64,000 nt of DNA. It comes from an uncultured Candidatus Saccharibacteria bacterium. Its GTDB lineage: Bacteria; Patescibacteriota; Saccharimonadia; CAILAD01; BJGX01. Below the pieces are notes generated by a model that had not been told where the DNA came from, did no database searches, and saw only the letters and a program-made list of their open reading frames with translations. The position numbers and the translations under genes were made by a program. The first letter of the stretch is position 1, and each line of letters starts with the position of its first letter. The stretch is taken from assembly GCA_964552475.1 (NCBI GenBank), contig CAZKFZ010000001.1, positions 128,621 to 192,620 on the forward strand, written 5' to 3'. This document shows positions 58,784 to 64,000 of the stretch, in pieces.

Positions 58784-60116
58784 TTAGATAATTAGGTAAA
58801 TCTTTTATTTTTATCCGTTCTTGCTTCATACTGTCTCTGTCGCGAACAGTCACCGCCTCGTCTTGTAAACTTTCAAAATCAACCGTTACGCAGTATGGTG
58901 TACCTATTTCGTCTTGACGTCTGTAGCGCTTACCAATAGACTGTGTCTCGTCGTACTCAACATTATATTCCCCAGCAACTCTAGTAAATATTTGATGCGA
59001 CAGATTACTAAGCTCTGGTTTTTTACTAAGGGGTAGTATTGCTACCTTTACTGGCGCTAGGCGTTTATCAAATTTCATTACTACTCTTTTTTCGCCATCC
59101 ACATCTTCCTCATGATAGGCATCGGCAATGACAGCCAAGAATAGACGGTCAACTCCAATAGACGTCTCAATAACCCAAGGCACAAATTTCTCACCAGTTG
59201 TCTCGTCGAAATATTCTAAATCACGTTTACTATATTTTCCATGCCTGCTTAAATCCCAATCCCCACGATTATGTATACCCTCCATCTCTTTAAAACCGAA
59301 TGGAAAATTATATTCGATATCCCATGCATTTTTGGCATAGTGTGCTCTCTCATTCTCACCATGTTCACGATAACGTAAGTTTTCTTTCTTTAAGAAGGTT
59401 TGTAGCCAATCCATGCGACGCCGTTTCCAAATTGCAAATATATCATTAGCTTGGTTGGGGTGAACAAATATTTGCATCTCAGCCTGTTCAAACTCACGTT
59501 GGCGAAAAAGAAAATCACCAGGAGTAATCTCGTTGCGGAAGGCTTTACCTATCTGTCCCACACCAAATGGTAATTTTGCTCTGGTAGTCTCACGTACATT
59601 AGTAAAATTCGTGTATATACCTTGACAAGTCTCACCTCGCAAATATGCTTTGGTTTTACTACCTTCAATCGACCCCAAACCAACTTCTACTAACAAATTA
59701 AACTCTTTTGGCTCTGTCCAATCTATTTTGCTACAACTAGGACATTTTGTCTTGGTTAGTAGGTTAAGAATCTCTTTTTGGTCGGTACTATCTATGCCTA
59801 CCAACTTATCGGCTCTATAACGGTGTTTGCAAGCCTTACAATCAACCATGGGATCACTGAACTGCACGGTGTGACCAGAGGCCTCCCAAACTCGTGGATT
59901 TTGTATAATAGCACTATCTAATCCGGTGATGTTTTCATTGCTATATACAACTTCTTGCCACCACAATTTTTTAATATTATTCTTCAGTTCTGTACCATAT
60001 GGTCCAAAATCATAAAAACCAGCTAAGCCACCATATATTTCGCTAGCCTGAAATACAAAACCACGTCTTTTACAAAAACCTACTAGATCTTCCATGCTGA
60101 TATTTAATTTACTCAT
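58764..60116 (-). CDS. glyQS: Glycine--tRNA ligase (alpha2, eukaryote-like type)
   Basis: KRRGF, SEIYGG, LRGETCQGI, FRNEITP, REFEQ and SIGKRYRRQDEIGTP. Confidence 0.96.
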   Translation of the reverse strand: MSKLNISMEDLVGFCKRRGFVFQASEIYGGLAGFYDFGPYGTELKNNIKKLWWQEVVYSNENITGLDSAIIQNPRVWEASGHTVQFSDPMVDCKACKHRYRADKLVGIDSTDQKEILNLLTKTKCPSCSKIDWTEPKEFNLLVEVGLGSIEGSKTKAYLRGETCQGIYTNFTNVRETTRAKLPFGVGQIGKAFRNEITPGDFLFRQREFEQAEMQIFVHPNQANDIFAIWKRRRMDWLQTFLKKENLRYREHGENERAHYAKNAWDIEYNFPFGFKEMEGIHNRGDWDLSRHGKYSKRDLEYFDETTGEKFVPWVIETSIGVDRLFLAVIADAYHEEDVDGEKRVVMKFDKRLAPVKVAILPLSKKPELSNLSHQIFTRVAGEYNVEYDETQSIGKRYRRQDEIGTPYCVTVDFESLQDEAVTVRDRDSMKQERIKIKDLPNYLNDKLSN

Positions 60117-60131
60117 GTCTAGTATTATACC

Positions 60132-60851
60132 TTATAGTGAGTACTCTTGAAAAACTTTAGTACTACGAAAAACTAAATCAAAGTGATATTCGTAGTAGCG
60201 CATGAGTAATTGCTCCCCTTCTTTTAAAGGGCTAGCAATTTTAGTAAGCCTGCTAAGACTAATTAATCTACTGCTTAATAGTAGTCGCCACAACTTTATT
60301 GTGTCCACCGATATTATGCCATAGTGCCCATTTGGCTTAGCCCTAGATATTAAACCAGAGTCATAAACCAGGTAGTGTGGCACTCCCAGCTTGGTGTCTG
60401 ACAGATCTGGTTGTGAACCAATAGTAGCCAAAAATCGCAGACCAAAATATTGCCTGGTAATTAGTGGGTTAACCCCATCTTTTAACCCACTAAATACTTC
60501 TTGAATTAGTTCATATGCAGCTTTGTTGGCTTGTGATTCCATTGATAGTTGGTTGATAGTCTCTAGTACTATATATGCCGTGTACAAACACTCTTGCGAT
60601 AGCGCTGAGAAATCAAATACCTGTATGGCTTGGGCGCCAATAATAATATCGAGGTTGCGGCCCTTTGTGAGCCTTATTTTTACTTTAGTGAATGGCTCTA
60701 GATGACCACTGAGTTTTGCCTTAGATCGTCTCACTCCTTTTGCTATGGCCTTTAACTTACCTTCTTCAAAAGTAAAAATAGTAATTATCCTATCAGCTTC
60801 ACCAAGATTGATATAACTCAGCACAAAACCTTCAATTTCACTATATTTCAT
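60132..60851 (-). CDS. recO: DNA repair protein RecO
   Basis: GEADRIITIFT..GKL.AIAKGVRRSKAKLSGHLEPF; no zinc-finger cysteines. Confidence 0.92.
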   Translation of the reverse strand: MKYSEIEGFVLSYINLGEADRIITIFTFEEGKLKAIAKGVRRSKAKLSGHLEPFTKVKIRLTKGRNLDIIIGAQAIQVFDFSALSQECLYTAYIVLETINQLSMESQANKAAYELIQEVFSGLKDGVNPLITRQYFGLRFLATIGSQPDLSDTKLGVPHYLVYDSGLISRAKPNGHYGIISVDTIKLWRLLLSSRLISLSRLTKIASPLKEGEQLLMRYYEYHFDLVFRSTKVFQEYSL

Positions 60852-61240
60852 TTTGCTTGCTTAGCGCTCAGTATTAAATCAATATTGTCAAGTAATTGCT
60901 TTGGAGATATCTGAGATTTCACAAAAAAAGCACCCACACCCAAACTGTCACGAACAGTGCTATTTAGATTAATGTTGGCCTGGGTTAAATTAGTGAGAAT
61001 TACGATTTTTGTATTATCATACTTGGGGTTCTTGCGGACATTTTTAATAAACTGTAATCCGTTCATACCGGGTAGTAAAATATCCACAACTATACAGTCT
61101 GGGGAGTTGTTTTTAAGCCAACCAAGGGCTTTTTCGGCGTCACTTAAAACTACCACACTGTAGCCATATTTACTGAATTTGTACTCATACATTTCGCCAA
61201 GTATCTTATCATCTTCTATGAATAATATTTTTCGTGCCAT
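60848..61240 (-). CDS. Single-domain response regulator
   Basis: KILFIEDD, VVDILLP.MNG, ILTN and FVKS. Confidence 0.9.
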   Translation of the reverse strand: MARKILFIEDDKILGEMYEYKFSKYGYSVVVLSDAEKALGWLKNNSPDCIVVDILLPGMNGLQFIKNVRKNPKYDNTKIVILTNLTQANINLNSTVRDSLGVGAFFVKSQISPKQLLDNIDLILSAKQAK

Positions 61241-61269
61241 ATTGTTTTACTCTACACTTTGTAGTTAGT

Positions 61270-61983
61270 CTATTCAAATACATTGAGTTGACGAGTTAAT
61301 GGTATACCAATATATAATATTTGTTTCTTGTGTGTACTGCGTTGCCAAACCGATACTTCGGTAGTTTTTAATACCTCGAGAGCATAGTTACATACAATCC
61401 CTGTAAGATCTAACTTTTTGTTAACTACCTGGTTGCGATTGAGGCTAACAATTGCAAAAATCAGTTTATTGCTCAACCATACACTTCTGGTAGAATATAT
61501 CTCCAAAACACCTAGCCTATCTCTTTTACTGAATCTTGTTTTCATTGTAGAACTATTTGTACCCGATACCAGTAGAACAGATAGTGCGTTCGTAAACACC
61601 TTAGGATCTACGTTTACTAGCGAATTTTTATATGTTTTGTGCGACAAAAATACTAGATTTGAAAATAAACTGCTAATCTGATTAAGCAGATCTTCTATAT
61701 GAACATTCTTATTTGCCTCTATTTTTAAATCGCAGAGTAGGCGTAGATTTTCAAGTAAATTAACGGCATTGTGGTTTTTTTTGTTAGCCACTTTAATACG
61801 CTTAACTATATCTGGTAGCTCAGATTTTTTGGAATTTAATAGATCTTCTAAATAGCCACTTATGGTTTGTTCTGTACTACTAACTGTTTTTGAGGTAGCA
61901 AAAAGTGTAGAAGACAAACCGCCATGAGCTATCCACTCTTCATTAATATCGTTTAACAAACCATATCCCTCCGGTACTTCCAT
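61270..61983 (-). CDS. Hypothetical protein, possibly a degenerate histidine-kinase fold
   Basis: Helix/strand order resembles HisKA+HATPase (LLENL.LL, VNVDPKVFTNALSVLL, LYIGIP) but has no H, N or G boxes; upstream of a response regulator. Confidence 0.5.
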   Translation of the reverse strand: MEVPEGYGLLNDINEEWIAHGGLSSTLFATSKTVSSTEQTISGYLEDLLNSKKSELPDIVKRIKVANKKNHNAVNLLENLRLLCDLKIEANKNVHIEDLLNQISSLFSNLVFLSHKTYKNSLVNVDPKVFTNALSVLLVSGTNSSTMKTRFSKRDRLGVLEIYSTRSVWLSNKLIFAIVSLNRNQVVNKKLDLTGIVCNYALEVLKTTEVSVWQRSTHKKQILYIGIPLTRQLNVFE

Positions 61984-62044
61984 ATATCTACTAGACTAGC
62001 TCTTGACATAGCAACTATGCAAGCACTAGAGCGATTAATTAGGT

Positions 62045-62764
62045 TTAGGGGTTTAGGCGTAGATTTTTTACAATTGTGTTGTAAACCTCAAGGTATTTGG
62101 TGTTGTCATCGGTTTGAATGGAAAAAGTTTTGTCACGCAAAGGTATCAAAATAATCGTTCCATTCGGTATCTTGCTAGAAATCTGACCCGTATAACGAAA
62201 TGACTTTATTCCCGACACCGTCTCTTCTTGCATTGTAACTTTCTTTTTTGTACTACCTTTGTCTGTAGATATTGAGTCTAGAGGTTTCTTTACTTCGTCG
62301 AGTTTTTTGTCTAGCAAACTAAATCTTAGAGCATACTGTTCTAATTTGGTTTCCACGTAATCTGGCATTGCAATGCCAGATATACTACCCTCGCCATCCT
62401 CAGTGCTAATTTCTAGACTCCAAGACTTAGGTATATCTACTGTGAAGCTACCTGCACTTTCCGGGGCGGTGTAGGTTCTAAAGTCGGAATTTTGTGTTTT
62501 TGCTAACTGGGCTTCATCAATCTTTTTTTGTGCAGCGGCACCATCTTTTTGACCTTGCTGGGTTGCTTCACTCAGCTTACTATCGTTTATGAAAGCTCGA
62601 GTAGCAAATACCATAACAAGTATTAATAGAATAATACTAACGCCACCGAGCACAAAGGTGAGCATTCGAAAAAGCTTGGTCTGATTATCACCGAGCGAAG
62701 CCGATTTAATAGGCTCGGTCACGGGTGTATTATTGGGTGTCTCTTGGGGGTTTAGAGGATCCAT
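62045..62764 (-). CDS. Bitopic membrane protein with a PsbP/DcrB-like outer domain
   Basis: Single TM, GSFTVDIPKSWS, TVSG....RYTG and PLRDKT. Confidence 0.6.
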   Translation of the reverse strand: MDPLNPQETPNNTPVTEPIKSASLGDNQTKLFRMLTFVLGGVSIILLILVMVFATRAFINDSKLSEATQQGQKDGAAAQKKIDEAQLAKTQNSDFRTYTAPESAGSFTVDIPKSWSLEISTEDGEGSISGIAMPDYVETKLEQYALRFSLLDKKLDEVKKPLDSISTDKGSTKKKVTMQEETVSGIKSFRYTGQISSKIPNGTIILIPLRDKTFSIQTDDNTKYLEVYNTIVKNLRLNP

Positions 62765-62781
62765 AAAAATTTATTACTGTG

Positions 62782-63303
62782 CTATAGATTGGCTTGACCT
62801 GGCTCCCAGTCAACTGGACAAAGGCCACCGGTCTGAAGAGCTTTTACAACTCGGATGGTTTCTTCTACACTTCGACCTACATTACTATCTGAGATAACCA
62901 CATAACGTAAGTTACCTTCAGGATCAATAATAAACGTTCCTCTTTCGGCCTCACCATTTTCTTCATTAAGTACCTCGTAGGCCCTAGAAAGCTCGTGATT
63001 GGTATCTGATAACACCGGAAACTCAACATCTTCAAGATCTCTTTCAAACCATGCTTTGTGTGAGTAAACACTATCTGTACTGGCAGCCAGAACAACAGTA
63101 TCTAGTTCGTTGAATTCTTTACTGTGTTTTGCAAAACCATTAATTTCTGTAGGACACACAAAGGTAAAGTCTCTTGGGTAAAAAAACAATACTACCCACT
63201 TACCTTTAAAGTCACCTAGACTCACTTCTTTGTAGTCGTCTTTTAACTTTTTTTGGTAACTGGCAACTGTAAATTCTGGTGCTGGCTGGTTAAGTTTTAA
63301 CAT
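62782..63303 (-). CDS. ahpC: 2-Cys peroxiredoxin
   Basis: FYPRDFTFVCPTE, RGTFIIDP, GRSVEE and LCPVDW. Confidence 0.95.
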   Translation of the reverse strand: MLKLNQPAPEFTVASYQKKLKDDYKEVSLGDFKGKWVVLFFYPRDFTFVCPTEINGFAKHSKEFNELDTVVLAASTDSVYSHKAWFERDLEDVEFPVLSDTNHELSRAYEVLNEENGEAERGTFIIDPEGNLRYVVISDSNVGRSVEETIRVVKALQTGGLCPVDWEPGQANL

Positions 63304-63317
63304 ATATTTCTCCTTTT

Positions 63318-63914
63318 TTATTTACTAACGCTGTCTACAACCCACCTGGGTATTCTCTGATTAATCTCGTCCCAGTCTATCAAGGCCATAAAGGCGTCGA
63401 TATACTTTTTACGAGCCGTTGCATAATCTAGAAAATATGCGTGCTCATATACATCCATAACAATAATAGTTGTACCATTCCAAATACCACCTTGGTTATG
63501 AGCATCACATATATAATTATCAAGACTTTGTAGGTCAAAATCGAACGAACAAACAACCCAACCGCGTGCGGCCATGCCTAGGGCAGAAAATTCTTTTTGC
63601 CAGTTCTCAAAACTACTCCATTTTTTCTCTATTAGCTTAAGTATGGGGCCGCTGCATTTAGATTGCTCTTCGGTCATATTGTCAAAATAATATTCGTGCA
63701 ATTTAATACCGTTAAGCACAAAGGTTTTTTCGACGTTTAGTTCTCTTAGGTCTGAGAAAGATTGGTTGGCCGAGTCTAAATCGACATTTTCTAGTTTTGA
63801 GCAGATTTCGTTATACTTATTAACATAGCCTGTATATAACACGTCATGATGTTCGGCGAGCTGTTTTTCGCTTATTCCTGGTAATGATTTATATTTTAGG
63901 GGTTTTACCTCCAT
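63318..63914 (-). CDS. Fe/Mn superoxide dismutase
   Basis: EHH..LY.GYV, LHEYYF and DVYEHAYF; SD AAAGGAGG. Confidence 0.92.
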   Translation of the reverse strand: MEVKPLKYKSLPGISEKQLAEHHDVLYTGYVNKYNEICSKLENVDLDSANQSFSDLRELNVEKTFVLNGIKLHEYYFDNMTEEQSKCSGPILKLIEKKWSSFENWQKEFSALGMAARGWVVCSFDFDLQSLDNYICDAHNQGGIWNGTTIIVMDVYEHAYFLDYATARKKYIDAFMALIDWDEINQRIPRWVVDSVSK

Positions 63915-64000
63915 ATAAATATATCCTCCTTTAAGTTAATTATATTGTAGCAAACCCCCTTGTATTATTAAAGCATTCAAAGATTAAAAGCGATAAAAAT

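Overview
A gene-dense, AT-rich chromosomal segment of a small-genome monoderm bacterium using translation table 11. Gene content (short MraZ, minimal dcw cluster, archaeal-type AspRS, alpha2 GlyRS, Trm11-like methylase, sortase, PcsB-like CHAP protein, orphan VirB4/TraD-like ATPase) suggests Patescibacteria/CPR, probably Saccharimonadia-like; this is an inference. It is mostly housekeeping: prfB, ftsEX, pyrG, rpmA, xseAB, tRNA-Leu(CAA), mreB plus glycan genes, gltX, nrdAB, aspS, scpAB, der, pth, dprA, topA, the dcw cluster, glyQS, recO, ahpC and sod. I saw no CRISPR array, transposase or prophage. The most interesting signals are non-coding. (1) A ~230-nt multi-stem RNA between mraZ and rsmH has a 24-bp closing helix that ends 1 nt before the rsmH AUG. 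(2) A 23-codon ORF with a strong SD lies between rsmH and ftsL. (3) A stand-alone ~230-nt minus-strand transcript upstream of dprA has a consensus promoter, an 18-bp perfect stem and a terminator; its apical loop CUCACCCUCC is complementary to the nrdA RBS and to a loop of the mraZ-rsmH RNA. (4) Many genes have leaderless -10/ATG architecture. (5) A dif-like site lies in an 850-bp AT-rich gap where gene orientation converges. Protein oddities include an MreB lacking the catalytic Glu, a degenerate kinase-like protein ending in a clamp-motif-like QLNVF, a NUDIX gene broken by two stops, and a divergent tandem pair of orphan paralogs. All structures were found by eye; no folding or database search was run.
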